NCBI GenBank assembly: GCA_949299565.1
Contig: OX437086.1
Span: 880,099 to 944,098, forward strand
Reading direction: 5' to 3'
DNA length: 64,000 bases
Origin: an uncultured Bacillota bacterium
GTDB lineage: Bacteria > Bacillota_I > Bacilli_A > RFN20 > CAG-826
The notes beneath the pieces were generated by a model that saw only the letters and a program-made list of their open reading frames with translations, searched no databases and was not told the origin of the DNA. The position numbers and the translations under genes are program-made. Shown here piece by piece: positions 1-10,667 of this stretch; the stretch's first letter is position 1, and every line of letters begins with the position of its first letter.

Positions 1-1386
1 TTCTTTCTTGTTCTTATCAAAAAGAAGAAAATCCGTCACTTCCATCTTTCCTTTCGTTAAAGTGCCGGTTTTATCAAAAATAATTGTTTTGATTTTATGC
101 GTGTTTTCTAAAATCGAAGCATCTTTCATCAATAAGCCGTTGGATGCTCCTTTTCCGCTCCCGACCATGATCGCCACCGGTGTTGCTAAGCCTAAAGCGC
201 AAGGACAAGCGACCACTAAAACAGAAACTCCGTAATTGAAGGCGTTTGCAAAATCCGGCGTCAAGGAGATGTGGACGATGAAACTTATAATTGCAATCAA
301 AAGAACAAGCGGCACGAAAACAAGACTAATGCGGTCAACGAGACGCGATACCGGAGCTTTCGACTGCGAGGCTTCCTTGACCAAACGAACGATTGTCCCG
401 ATTGAAGTATCTTCCCCGACTTTTTCCGCTTTTAATTTCGCATGGCCGTTTAAGACTAGAGTTCCCGAATAAACCATTTCTCCCTCTTTTTTAAAAACCG
501 GAAGCGATTCACCGGTAATGCTACTTTCTTCAAACGAAGCCTCGCCTTCAATAAGGTGCCCGTCCACCGCCACCTTATCGCCCTTCTTTAAAATGACGGT
601 GTCATTAACTTTAATGTCTTTCGCAGGAATTATTTCCTCTTTGTCGCCGATTAGAACTCTTGCGTTTTCCGGAGCAAGGGCCACTAATTTGCTGAGTTCT
701 TTGGTGGTTTTTCCTTTCGCGAGTTTCTCTAGATATTTCCCGAGGCTCACAAGCGTTAAAATCATCGCCGCGCTTTCAAAATGCAGGGCATGTTGATAGG
801 TATGAATTGTCGCTAAATCTCCTTGCCCCAAAGCATAAGAAATCATGAACAAGCAATATAGACCGTAAAGGTAAGAAGCTCCCGCGCCTAAAGCAATCAA
901 AGAATCCATGTTCGGATGAAATTTAAATAAAAGACGGAAACCGTTGATAAAGCGCTCACGATAGATTAAAAGGCTAGGGGTCGCCAAAAGCATTTGAACA
1001 AGCGTGAAACTAACTGCGTTCTCTTCGCCCTCAAGGAAGAACGGAAGCGGCATCCCGAACATCGGACCCATTGAAAAAATCATCAAAAGAATGAGGAAAA
1101 AGAAAGAAATCATCAATTTTTGAAAGTCACGATCTTGATAAAACTTTTTTTGTTTTTCTTTTTTCTCCTCTTTTATTCCTTTTAACATGGCCTCGTAACC
1201 GGCTTGATGAACCGCTTCTTCGATTTCAGCGGTCAGAGCCTCACTGCCATCATAATCCACTGCCATATCATTGGTTAAAAGATTGACGGAAACTTTCTTA
1301 ACGCCTTTTATTTTTTCAACTGCCTTTTGAACATGCGCTTGACATGCCGCGCAGCTCATCCCTTTAACATCGAATTCTTTTTTCAT
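1..1386 (-). CDS. copA: Copper/heavy-metal translocating P-type ATPase, partial (C-terminal part lies beyond window start)
   Basis: Minus-strand frame open to position 1; translation begins MKKEFDVKGMSCAACQAHV (HMA metal-binding GMSCxxC motif) and contains the CPC transmembrane metal motif and the DKTGTLT phosphorylation motif. Confidence 0.9.
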   Translation of the reverse strand, partial: MKKEFDVKGMSCAACQAHVQKAVEKIKGVKKVSVNLLTNDMAVDYDGSEALTAEIEEAVHQAGYEAMLKGIKEEKKEKQKKFYQDRDFQKLMISFFFLILLMIFSMGPMFGMPLPFFLEGEENAVSFTLVQMLLATPSLLIYRERFINGFRLLFKFHPNMDSLIALGAGASYLYGLYCLFMISYALGQGDLATIHTYQHALHFESAAMILTLVSLGKYLEKLAKGKTTKELSKLVALAPENARVLIGDKEEIIPAKDIKVNDTVILKKGDKVAVDGHLIEGEASFEESSITGESLPVFKKEGEMVYSGTLVLNGHAKLKAEKVGEDTSIGTIVRLVKEASQSKAPVSRLVDRISLVFVPLVLLIAIISFIVHISLTPDFANAFNYGVSVLVVACPCALGLATPVAIMVGSGKGASNGLLMKDASILENTHKIKTIIFDKTGTLTKGKMEVTDFLLFDKNKKE

Positions 1387-1667
1387 TTTTTATATTTCCT
1401 TATGAGTTCAATAACTTCCGGTATCATCTCGCTTTTTCCTTCTTTAAGCGAGTTAGTCACACAGTTATAAAGATGGTTTTCTAAAATCTTCATCGATAAA
1501 GATTCTAATGATTTTTCAGAGGCGGATAGTTCGCTTAAAAGATCGATGCAATAAGCATCTTCCTCGACCATTCTTTTGATTCCTTGGATTTGTCCAGCCA
1601 CTCTTGATAAGTGATTGAGAATCTGTTTCTTCGTCGCTTCATCGCGAATTGTTTTGCGTTTTTCCAT
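1383..1667 (-). CDS. csoR: CsoR/RcnR-family metal-sensing transcriptional repressor
   Basis: About 94 aa from MEKRKTIRDE; contains RVAGQIQGIKRMVEEDAYCIDLLSELSA typical of the CsoR family; stop overlaps the copA start. The track ORF extends to 1703 from an upstream start. Confidence 0.7.
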   Translation of the reverse strand: MEKRKTIRDEATKKQILNHLSRVAGQIQGIKRMVEEDAYCIDLLSELSASEKSLESLSMKILENHLYNCVTNSLKEGKSEMIPEVIELIRKYKK

Positions 1668-1712
1668 GCTTCTTATATATACCCACACAGGGTATTTTAG
1701 CAAGGATGATGC

Positions 1713-3005
1713 TCACTTCGTTTTCATCTCTATCATCAAGAAGCCATCATAAAGATCCGGCACTAAATGCAAGAATTCTGGAAACGTAACTAGATAGGCA
1801 AACGGAAGATAAAAAAGAAAAACAAGGAAGGAAGAAAGGAAATCAACTTTCAAATAAAGAAGCATTGAAAACAGAAGAATTCCACTCGTGAGAGGAATCT
1901 TGTTGAAGATGGCAAGAAACAATAAGGCACCCATCAAAACAAAAATTCGAATCTCGCGAGACGAAAAAAGAAAAACGTCTTGCAAAAGCGCAAGGAAGAG
2001 AAGGCTTAAAAGACCGCCGATCAATAAAGACGGCATGACTAAACCACCGCTGGTTTTGCTTTCGCTAGCCAATAAAGAAATGAGAATTCGCAAAAATAAA
2101 AGAAGAACGATTGATGATAAGACTAAATTATTTCCAAGATTTAAGAAAAGCGAAGAACCGCCTCCGAGAAAAGAGCGAAAGAAAAATGACAAAACGAAAA
2201 TCACAATGAACAATAAAGCAAGGCGAATAGCCACCCAAAAATGATTGTTGAAGCGATATAAAAGACGTCTGATCAAAAGAAAAAGAAATTCGATGATATA
2301 GGCTAGAGGCGCGATAATCAAAACAAGAAGCGGCCAAAGATAAGAGAAATTCCACGAAAACATTTCTAGCCCTTCGATCGCTAAAAGATGATGCGGATCA
2401 ATAAGAAAAGCGATGATAAAAGCCACTAAAGACGTAATGGGAGCGAGAATTATTTTTTGATAGAGCTTTGTTTGGCTTCGATGATGAAGTCCCATCTCTT
2501 CGAAAGCGTAACAAACGCCCGCTAAAGGCGAAAGGAAAGCGGCCCCAAAGCCGGCGCCCGCACCGATCGCGGTCGTTTCTTTTTCTCTTTCTTTATCTGA
2601 CGTTCGCCCATCGACAAAAGAAGAAATGCCGCCGCCTAAAAGGACCGATGGTCCCTCTGATCCTAAAGGAAAACCTAAAAAAGAACCGAGGAGGCTTATG
2701 AAGGCGAAGGGAATCATCAAAAGATGATTGCCTTTCTTTTTGCCGTGCGCTACTTCGATAGTTAACGGCACTCCCGATCCGCTCAAAGAAGGCATCAAAT
2801 AAATAAGACGATAAATGATGGCAAAGAAGAGAATGTTCAATAATACATTCAATAAATAGCTCCACCAGGCCCCGTTCGTCCAAAGCGTATTTCCAAAAGC
2901 GGCCAATGAGCGGAAGCTGTATTGAAAAACGCCGATAACAACGCCAATGAGAACGCCGCTAATTAAACTTCGCAATATTTTTTCATAAAAGGGGCGCACC
3001 ATCAC
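1713..3005 (-). CDS. ClC-family chloride channel / H+-Cl- antiporter
   Basis: 430 aa polytopic membrane protein carrying the three ClC selectivity motifs in order: GSGVP, GSEGP, GAGFGAAFLSPLAG. Confidence 0.8.
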   Translation of the reverse strand: MMVRPFYEKILRSLISGVLIGVVIGVFQYSFRSLAAFGNTLWTNGAWWSYLLNVLLNILFFAIIYRLIYLMPSLSGSGVPLTIEVAHGKKKGNHLLMIPFAFISLLGSFLGFPLGSEGPSVLLGGGISSFVDGRTSDKEREKETTAIGAGAGFGAAFLSPLAGVCYAFEEMGLHHRSQTKLYQKIILAPITSLVAFIIAFLIDPHHLLAIEGLEMFSWNFSYLWPLLVLIIAPLAYIIEFLFLLIRRLLYRFNNHFWVAIRLALLFIVIFVLSFFFRSFLGGGSSLFLNLGNNLVLSSIVLLLFLRILISLLASESKTSGGLVMPSLLIGGLLSLLFLALLQDVFLFSSREIRIFVLMGALLFLAIFNKIPLTSGILLFSMLLYLKVDFLSSFLVFLFYLPFAYLVTFPEFLHLVPDLYDGFLMIEMKTK

Positions 3006-3047
3006 GCCCCGTATTTTAATGCTTTTTAGAAAAGACGAAAGATTTTC

Positions 3048-3791
3048 TCATTCAGGAAGTTTTCGATAACTCTCTTCGTCAAGCGGTTCAAGCCATTCGT
3101 TGGAGGTTTTAAGACCCGGAACATCAAAGGCGATATGTGAGAACCAGGAATGCGGACGCGCGCCGTGCCAATGCTTGACATTCGCCGGTATCACAACAAT
3201 GTCGCCGGCCTTCAAGAGTTGGACTTCCTTTCCTTCTTCTTGATAATAACCTTCGCCTTCGACAACGATCAACACTTGTCCGCCTCCGCTTTCAGCGTGA
3301 TGGATGTGCCAGTTATTGCGGCAACCGGGCTCAAAAGTCACGTTCGCAGCCGCAATATCGCCGGCTTTAAATAAAGGCTTTAAATATGATTTACCAATAA
3401 AATATTGGGCATATGCGGTGTTTTCTCCGCCTAAACCAAAGAAACCACCATGGCCTTCTTCATCTTTAGCGTCCTTATAGACTTCCTTTGCCAAACGGAA
3501 AGAGGCCCAGGCATTTGGCCAACCAGCATAGAATGCCACGTGTGTAAGCAAGGCTGCCATTTCGTCTTTCGTGATTCCGTTTTTCCTTCCCATTTCAAGA
3601 TGGGAAATTAAAGAAGAATCTGTAATTCCTTTACTCACTAAGGAAGCAATCGTTAACATCGAACGAACTTTTAAAGGGAGGACGCCCGTCTGACTCCAAA
3701 CTTCACCGAATAAAACTTCATCGTTAAGTTCGGCGAATTGCGGCGCGAATTCACCGAGAACATCATGTCCCGCTGTCTGTTTAATTTTCAT
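3048..3791 (-). CDS. Carboxymuconolactone-decarboxylase-family (AhpD-like) domain fused to a cupin domain
   Basis: Start taken at MKIKQTAGHD (internal Met of track ORF 3048..3968); N-terminal AhpD/CMD-like segment (LTHVAFYAGWPNAWASF) and C-terminal cupin-like segment (GDIVVIPANVKHWHGA). Confidence 0.65.
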   Translation of the reverse strand: MKIKQTAGHDVLGEFAPQFAELNDEVLFGEVWSQTGVLPLKVRSMLTIASLVSKGITDSSLISHLEMGRKNGITKDEMAALLTHVAFYAGWPNAWASFRLAKEVYKDAKDEEGHGGFFGLGGENTAYAQYFIGKSYLKPLFKAGDIAAANVTFEPGCRNNWHIHHAESGGGQVLIVVEGEGYYQEEGKEVQLLKAGDIVVIPANVKHWHGARPHSWFSHIAFDVPGLKTSNEWLEPLDEESYRKLPE

Positions 3792-3843
3792 AAAAACTCC
3801 TCGAAGAACAATAAATAGAAAAGCACTTGAAGTTAACTTTAAG

Positions 3844-4617
3844 TCAAGCCGCTTTTGTATTTGTAATTTTCTCCTTTTCCTCATTGGAAGGCGAGAAGTC
3901 TTCATTCCAACGTTTGCTGAAGAATAGATAAATGAGGTAAATGTAAGGCATTCCCATGTTCGTCTCAATGAGCGAATTTATGAGGATTGTTAAAATGCTA
4001 TTTTCGTTGAGAGGTCTGATGCCGTTGATCAAAAGCGAGAATTCCCAGGCAAATTGAACAGAGATACCGATGAGGTTTAGCCAAAAGATCTTGACCATCT
4101 TCTTTTTCGTGAAAAGGTTATAAATGATGAGCCCTAAATAGCCGACCACTAAGAAAATCGCCATCACATAGTGATAAGAGCCGGTTGTCCTGGAAGTCAT
4201 AATCGGGTAAGCATCAGAAGCGCTCGCAAGCGTTGGGGCCACTAACCACCAGCCGACAATTAAAAGGAGCCAAAGTTTGAGATGCTTGTCTCTTCTTAAG
4301 CAGAGCCAAATAAAAGCGAAATTCGTGATGCCATATGACAAAGACATCCAGAGGAGCACTAAAGCCGTAATCGCTTCCCCGCTTTCGTGATTGAAGGTGA
4401 TGGTCCGCGTTCCTAGAGCGAGATGGAAAATCCCATAATCAACTAAAAAATAAAGAATTCCTCCAAACAAAGACCACACTACCGTCATATAGCGTTTCTT
4501 TAAGAGGAGAAGCGTCAAAAATATCAACAAAAAGATGGAGTCTAAAATCACATACAAAAGATTCAAATTTCGCGTAGGCGTGATATTTTCAAGACTCGCC
4601 AAAAGATTAATATCCAT
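3844..4617 (-). CDS. Hypothetical polytopic membrane protein
   Basis: 257 aa ORF with multiple hydrophobic helices, immediately upstream of the CMD-cupin gene on the same strand; no family recognised. Confidence 0.5.
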   Translation of the reverse strand: MDINLLASLENITPTRNLNLLYVILDSIFLLIFLTLLLLKKRYMTVVWSLFGGILYFLVDYGIFHLALGTRTITFNHESGEAITALVLLWMSLSYGITNFAFIWLCLRRDKHLKLWLLLIVGWWLVAPTLASASDAYPIMTSRTTGSYHYVMAIFLVVGYLGLIIYNLFTKKKMVKIFWLNLIGISVQFAWEFSLLINGIRPLNENSILTILINSLIETNMGMPYIYLIYLFFSKRWNEDFSPSNEEKEKITNTKAA

Positions 4618-4657
4618 AAATGTTCTATGGATATTTTATGTTAGAGAAAAGAGGCTA

Positions 4658-5278
4658 TCAACGAATAAAATTCGTGAAAGGACGCGGAGCTTCTAATTCC
4701 GGTAGAGGAGAATTCTTTTCTTGCGCAGCGATCGCTTTCATTAAATATGACATATTGAGGGCTAAAAGTTTCATCGTGTAAAGCCCTTCTTCGTCTTTTT
4801 GAGCTTCTTCACCATTCGCGCCGTGAATCTCATTCTAATAGCAAGAAGAAGCGATCGGCATCTCATTAATCGTGAAATATTTATTTAAAACGTCGAAGGT
4901 TGAAGAATTCCCGTTGCGGCGGCAAGAAACAACTGAAGCCCCGACTTTAAAACGTTTCGAAAAAGGCGTACTGAAAAAGAGACGATCTAAAAACGAAATA
5001 AGCGTCCCGTTTGGAGAAGCGTAATATACAGGAGAACCCAAAACAACACCCGAGACTTCTTTAAGTTTTGGAGCGACTTCATTGACGAGGTCGTTGAAGA
5101 TACACTTCCCGTTTTTCTTACAAGTACGGCAAGCGATACAGCCGCGAATATCCTTAGTTCCGACATCGACAATTTCGACTTCAATCCCCTGTTCTTCAAA
5201 AACTTCTTTCATCGTCTTGAAGGCTAAAGAAACCGCACCTTTAAGATCGGGCGAGCCATTGATCATCAATACTTTCAT
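4658..5278 (-). pseudogene. Flavodoxin-like FMN reductase / iron-sulfur-flavoprotein-type gene interrupted by an in-frame TAG
   Basis: Track ORF 4835..5278 (MKVLMINGSPDL...IASSCY) stops at TAG (complement of 4835-4837); the same frame continues NEIHGANGEEAQKDEEGLYTMKLLALNMSYLMKAIAAQ... to a TGA at 4658-4660, and this tail looks like the C-terminal helix of the family. The TAG sits where I expect a conserved Trp (TGG). Confidence 0.55.
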
Positions 5279-5644
5279 ATTTCATTTCCCCCTCATTTCT
5301 ATTCTTGATTGTTTAAGAAAAAATAAACTTTTCAACCATGAAGTTGGCTTTAAGCGCCTACTTTTTTTGAATCTCCATTTCTACTTTCTTTTTGAGATCG
5401 CTTTTGAAGAGTTTTTTAATGCGAATTTCGTGACGATAATTCATATTGAACAATTTAACAACTTATTTTTTTAATTTTAGAACAAGAATGTTTCCTTGAT
5501 CGAACACATAATACAGAAATTCTAATATCACCTCATTTTGGAAACTCCAGAAACTGGCGTTTTTTCTTGCTATTGCATTTTCCTTAAATATAGAGTGCCT
5601 TTGAAAGTTTCAAAGATTAGAATATCTCCATTAGAGGACTTAAG

Positions 5645-6610
5645 ATGGAAAGCGAAGAAAAAAGTCAACCTTCCCAAAAGGTTATCGATAATCCCGATTC
5701 TTTAAAGTATGAGAACAAGAAACAAGTAGCGAAGGGCGGAGTTCTTGGATTTTTTATCGGATTAGCTATCATTGTGCCCGGCATCAGCGGCTCCACTGTC
5801 GCAATCATTTTAAAACTTTATGAGAAGTTGCTTTATGCGCTTGGCAATCTTTTCAAACATTTCAAACGCTGCGCAATCTTCTTATTGCCGATTCTTTTAG
5901 GTTTATTGATCGGTTTGGTCCTCGGTTTTTTCGGCGTTCAATATCTTCTCAACCTTTTGCCTTTCGCGATTGTCGCCCTTTTTGCTGGACTGATGATCGG
6001 AGCTTATCCTTCAATCACCGATCAGTTGAAAGGAGGCAAATTTAAAAAGCGTTATATCCTTTATTTTTTCCTCGGGATCGCCGTGCCGCTTGCAATTTCT
6101 CTTATCTCTATCTATTTATTGAACGGCAATCAAAGCTTAGAAAATTTGAGCTTCTATCACTACATTTTGTTCATAGTTCTCGGATTTATCATTGCGATTA
6201 CGCAGCTGGTTCCGGGATTGAGCGCTTCGGCGATTTTGATGGCTTTCGGTTATTTTACCCCCCTTGTGGAATCGATAAGCATCTCTTATTGGCAAATTAA
6301 TCCGCTTATTTTTGTTGTCTATCTCATGTTGATTATCGGGTTCGTTCTCGGCTTGTTTACAGTTGCCAAATTCCTTTCATGGCTTTTAAAGCGTTTCCAT
6401 GAAGCCTCTTTTAGCGTCATTGCCGGACTTTCGCTTGGCTCAATCGTCACGATGTTTGTCAATCCTGAAATTATGGTCACTTATCAAAACTGGTCTATAA
6501 ATGGCGTCGATTATCTTGATCTATTTGTGGGGTTAACTCTTCTTTTGATCGGAATTGCTGCTGCTTATTTATTCGTACGTTTTGAACGAAAAAACACTAA
6601 AAAAGCTTAG
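5645..6610 (+). CDS. DUF368-family membrane protein (family recently linked to undecaprenyl-phosphate translocation)
   Basis: 321 aa polytopic protein with duplicated VPGISGSTVAI and VPGLSASAILMAFG motifs resembling the DUF368 signature. Confidence 0.7.
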   Translation: MESEEKSQPSQKVIDNPDSLKYENKKQVAKGGVLGFFIGLAIIVPGISGSTVAIILKLYEKLLYALGNLFKHFKRCAIFLLPILLGLLIGLVLGFFGVQYLLNLLPFAIVALFAGLMIGAYPSITDQLKGGKFKKRYILYFFLGIAVPLAISLISIYLLNGNQSLENLSFYHYILFIVLGFIIAITQLVPGLSASAILMAFGYFTPLVESISISYWQINPLIFVVYLMLIIGFVLGLFTVAKFLSWLLKRFHEASFSVIAGLSLGSIVTMFVNPEIMVTYQNWSINGVDYLDLFVGLTLLLIGIAAAYLFVRFERKNTKKA

Positions 6611-6725
6611 TATCATTTTTCTTACTTTTATCCACGAAAAAAGAATTTTATTCATTGAAAGTACTTTAAAAAAGTGTAGTTAGCAACTAGATTAAATAAA
6701 AATTTGTTTTCAATGTAAATCATTA

Positions 6726-6753
6726 TTGACATTAAAAAGAAACTTTCTAAATT
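6726..6753 (+). promoter_or_regulatory. Candidate sigma-70-like promoter for the lipoprotein gene at 6835
   Basis: TTGACA at 6726-6731, 16-nt spacer, TAAATT at 6748-6753, about 80 nt upstream of the start codon. Confidence 0.3.
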
Positions 6754-6834
6754 GATAGCACCGGAGCACCGGTTACACATATTTCGCCCCATGTAATTCG
6801 TTAGAAAATACAACGCGGCGAAGAAAGGAAAGTT

Positions 6835-9138
6835 ATGTCTAAGAAACTTCAATCAAAACTTTTTCTTGGAGCCGCGATTCTTTTAGGCACAAGTGTGACA
6901 CTTTTATCGTGTGGCGGTCCTGCTACTTCAGAGGGAGAAAATAGCTCTTCATCCAGTAGCAACGATACTTCTTCAACGCTTCCGATCGAAAGTCATAGCA
7001 TCAGCATCGGCGAGACGGGAGGCGCGGTTCTTGAACTTTCTGCTGAGACTGCTTCGAGCGGAACGCGAATAGAAATTACAGTCGTCTCGGTTCCTGATGA
7101 CAAGATTATCAGCGCAATTACGACTGATGTTCCGGGAGTTGACGTCATTTCCTCCGGAAACAACAGTTATTATTTCATCATGCCGAACAGTGACGTCACT
7201 ATAAGCGTCACTTTAAGCGATCAAATCGCTGATAGTTACCCATTGACTCTAGTCAATAACACGGATGGAGAAATTGTTGGGATCAGCGACAGTCAAAGCA
7301 ATCAAATTGACGAAGAAAATGGGGTTTATAATTTAACCCCGAACGCTTCTTATTATTTACGGATTATCAACTATACCGGAGCGATTACGGCAAATCTAAA
7401 CGGGGCACCGCTCACAATCGGCGAATATTACATTTCATTTGTAATGCCAGCCGCAGCTTCGACATTGACCATCGATCCGGCTGCTTCTTATTCTGTTTCC
7501 TTTATTTATGATGCAGAAGCTTTTAGTGAAGACCCAATCCTTATTGATTTTGCCTCTGATTACGGAACAATTCTCACGCCATCTAATATCGTGGAGGGAA
7601 CAGAGGTTTATATTGCTGCTTATCCAAATTCCGGTTATTTATTGACGGCGATTAATTTAGATGGCACGCCGATTCAAGAAGAAAACGGCAATTACGTCTT
7701 CACGATGCCGGGTCATGATGTCACGCTAGAATTCATCACTGAAAGCGAGGCTTCTAGTTCATACCTCCTCAACGTAAACGACGTTAACCAAGCCTTGAAT
7801 TTCGTAGTTTATGAAGTCAACGACGGCGTTTTCGAGGAAATTGAAAATTACACACCAACCCAGCGTTTCTTGGAAGGCAGCACTTTGGCAATTTCTTTCA
7901 GCGTCACCGCTCCTTACCGCAACATTTATACCCTTGGCGAAATTGTCATTGACGGCGTTTCAGCAACACCCGATTCAGAAGGACATTATTCTTTCGTTGT
8001 CGCTGATCACAATGTGGAAATCACGGCAAATACAACGCTCATTCAACATAATTTGGCTTTCGATGCGCAAGGAAGCGGCGCCAGTTGTCTCTTCTACAAT
8101 GAAGAAGATGAAATCATTACAACTGCCGGTTGGAATCAAATGGTTAAAGCCGTCTTCACTCATCCTGAGGGCTTAACCTTATTAGCTGTTTATCAAAACG
8201 GAACATTAGGAACTGGTACGCTTGAAGGCAACACTTATACCTTCACGATGGGACAAACAGATTTAACTTTAACAGCCGGCTGGTCAAGCTCCACTAATGT
8301 CTATAATCTCGGCTACAGCGTGACTCCGAGCGATTTAGCCGCACAAGTTTCTGTCACCTTCTTCGATTCTGATAACGGCTTTGGTGATGAAATAACTGAA
8401 GCTGTTGCTGGTCAAACAGTTTATGCACAAATATCGGTTGAAAGCGGCTACCGCGTTGCAAATGTTTCTTTTAACGGCAATACGCTTTCGCTCGTCGAAG
8501 GTTATTATCCGTTAACAGTTTTAGAAGAAGATGTAAAAGTCGAAATTACCGTTGAAGTTTCAAATACCTACAACCTTGTAATTGATCGAAGCAACGCTCC
8601 GTCTGGCACCATCATCGATGTTGTCGATGAAAACGGGACATACTTAGAACTCGTCTCAGGCCATTACGAATTGAGTGCCGGCGACATCGTCTATTTCGAT
8701 CCTTGGGCTCCTGATAGTACTGTTTCTGCGATGTATGCAAATGGCACCGCTCTAGAATTTGTTAGCGGCATTCCGACTCCCTCCGGCACCGGTTATCAGT
8801 TAGAGATGCCGAGTGAAAATGTCACAATCACAATTGAATGGGGAGAAGGAGAAATTCCGTCCGGAAGCAATGAAATCATTTATGTTCCTAGCGATTTAGA
8901 TCCTCAAACTGAAAATTTTGGTCTCAACATTTATAGCGGTTCAACTTGGCAAAGCGTAACTTCTGCTCAAGAAGGCGAAATGATTCTCATCAACGTTTAT
9001 GGTTATCCTGAAAACTACACAATCGAAAATCTCTATGTCAACGGCGTAGTCGTCGAATTTAGCTACGACTATGGAATGTATGTCTTTACGATGCCGGCGA
9101 CAACCGCTTATATCAGCATCAGCTGGCTCATAAGCTAA
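6835..9138 (+). CDS. Surface lipoprotein with repeated beta-rich modules (InlB-B-repeat-like)
   Basis: Signal peptide with lipobox LLSCGG, Ser-rich linker, then at least four repeats of a 60-80 aa module (G-x-E/T-V-x-I ... P-x-x-G-Y ... N-G ... Y-x-F-x-M-P ... D/N-V-T-I). Confidence 0.85.
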   Translation: MSKKLQSKLFLGAAILLGTSVTLLSCGGPATSEGENSSSSSSNDTSSTLPIESHSISIGETGGAVLELSAETASSGTRIEITVVSVPDDKIISAITTDVPGVDVISSGNNSYYFIMPNSDVTISVTLSDQIADSYPLTLVNNTDGEIVGISDSQSNQIDEENGVYNLTPNASYYLRIINYTGAITANLNGAPLTIGEYYISFVMPAAASTLTIDPAASYSVSFIYDAEAFSEDPILIDFASDYGTILTPSNIVEGTEVYIAAYPNSGYLLTAINLDGTPIQEENGNYVFTMPGHDVTLEFITESEASSSYLLNVNDVNQALNFVVYEVNDGVFEEIENYTPTQRFLEGSTLAISFSVTAPYRNIYTLGEIVIDGVSATPDSEGHYSFVVADHNVEITANTTLIQHNLAFDAQGSGASCLFYNEEDEIITTAGWNQMVKAVFTHPEGLTLLAVYQNGTLGTGTLEGNTYTFTMGQTDLTLTAGWSSSTNVYNLGYSVTPSDLAAQVSVTFFDSDNGFGDEITEAVAGQTVYAQISVESGYRVANVSFNGNTLSLVEGYYPLTVLEEDVKVEITVEVSNTYNLVIDRSNAPSGTIIDVVDENGTYLELVSGHYELSAGDIVYFDPWAPDSTVSAMYANGTALEFVSGIPTPSGTGYQLEMPSENVTITIEWGEGEIPSGSNEIIYVPSDLDPQTENFGLNIYSGSTWQSVTSAQEGEMILINVYGYPENYTIENLYVNGVVVEFSYDYGMYVFTMPATTAYISISWLIS

Positions 9139-9190
9139 AGGTAATTATTTATCTATTTTCTTGATTTCTAAAAAGTAGAAAGGATTTACT

Positions 9191-10657
9191 ATGCAAAGAA
9201 AAACCCCGCTTTTGTTCTTAACTACGCTTGGCGGACTATCGCTTTTGGCTTCTTGCGGAGGAGGTGCCTCTTCCTCGTCCATAAGCGAAGCACCATCGCT
9301 CAATCCGACGCTTCAAGCACTCCGCCAAGGCTTTAGAGTTGAGGGAACTATCGAGATAAATGAAAGTTATTATAGCGACCGCAATTATCAAGTGCCTGAT
9401 CTTGCTTTAAGCGACACAACCACTCGTTACCGCTATGAACTTAATTTCGAGGATAGTGCAAACTTCACTGGCGTTGATCGCCGCTACTACCAAGTCTTTG
9501 ATTTAGGGGACGGCGAGACACAAGAAGCTTATTATTATGGCGAGAACTCCTATAACAATAACGGCTATGCCTCTTTAATTTACCTTGATTACAATAACGA
9601 GTTAGTCAATGACTACGCCGTTGATTCAAACGGCGAATTGATTCCTTATGCTAACAACGGGCTGCTCAATCCGTTTAAACTCCTTCAAAGAGGCGACTTT
9701 CACGAAATTGAAGGGGGTTTTATGTTGGATAACGCTAAAACATCGGTTTTCCTTGATGGCTTCTTCTCGTTGTTAGATGGTTATCAAGATAACATCGTTT
9801 ATGAAACGAAAACTTTTGCCTTCGGTGATTCTACTTTGGAATCTGCAACTTTTATATCTTATAACATCGATGATGGTTATAGTTCCACCGTTCCAAGCGA
9901 TGATGATCCGCTTCATCAAACCTACATTCGCCGCAATTATCAAATAGACATGGAATTCTCCGAAGTCGGAAGCGCAACTTCTCACGATTTAATTGCTGTT
10001 GAACCGGAGAAAGAAGAAAACGCACCCTTAAAAGCGGCGCTAGAAAATATGGTCGCACAAGAGGAAGTGACCGTCCAAAGACGCATTACCCCTTATATAG
10101 ACGGGGAATACGTTGGAGAGGATAATTACCTTAACATTTATTACATGGGAGAGGAAGAAGGGATTTATTCGCAAAATTATGTTTTAGCCCCGGATGAAGA
10201 AGTTCCTACCGCTCCAAGCGCCTCCGATTTCATCTTGAAACCGGCAATCGCGGGCGGGCGTCTCCGTGTCTATCAATTAGATGATACAACCGGCAATTTC
10301 ATCCTCAATTCGTCAAATTTCACTTCTTTAGACAACGTCTATTACTATGCTGACCAGCAATATGATCTTTCTTATCTTGATGCAAACATCTTTAACATCA
10401 ATGAAGACGGATCTTATTCGCCGACCGTTGATAACCTCCCCTATATCACGCGCGACATCTTTATGTCATATCTGGACACTTTCACGCCTGTCGATAATGG
10501 ATATGTCAATTCAGTGCGAATTTATGTCAACGAAGAGGCGACTTGCATCGATCATATCGATATTCAATACGCCGATCATCTCGGCTATTCGGGGGAAATG
10601 GTCATTTCCTACAGTGATCTCGGAGATTCGCATCCAAGTTTCGCGATTAATTATTGA
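9191..10657 (+). CDS. Lipoprotein, acidic Tyr/Asn/Asp-rich, unknown function
   Basis: Signal peptide with lipobox LLASCGGG; RBS GAAAGGA upstream; paralogous to the next gene. Confidence 0.85.
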   Translation: MQRKTPLLFLTTLGGLSLLASCGGGASSSSISEAPSLNPTLQALRQGFRVEGTIEINESYYSDRNYQVPDLALSDTTTRYRYELNFEDSANFTGVDRRYYQVFDLGDGETQEAYYYGENSYNNNGYASLIYLDYNNELVNDYAVDSNGELIPYANNGLLNPFKLLQRGDFHEIEGGFMLDNAKTSVFLDGFFSLLDGYQDNIVYETKTFAFGDSTLESATFISYNIDDGYSSTVPSDDDPLHQTYIRRNYQIDMEFSEVGSATSHDLIAVEPEKEENAPLKAALENMVAQEEVTVQRRITPYIDGEYVGEDNYLNIYYMGEEEGIYSQNYVLAPDEEVPTAPSASDFILKPAIAGGRLRVYQLDDTTGNFILNSSNFTSLDNVYYYADQQYDLSYLDANIFNINEDGSYSPTVDNLPYITRDIFMSYLDTFTPVDNGYVNSVRIYVNEEATCIDHIDIQYADHLGYSGEMVISYSDLGDSHPSFAINY

Positions 10658-10667
10658 GGAGTCTTTT

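Noticed and set aside
1888-2883. Track ORFs overlapping the ClC channel gene (1888..2244, 2128..2355, 2468..2701, 2593..2883)
   Set aside because: They overlap a full-length ClC gene carrying all three signature motifs; their products are Lys/Arg-rich or low-complexity with no RBS support.
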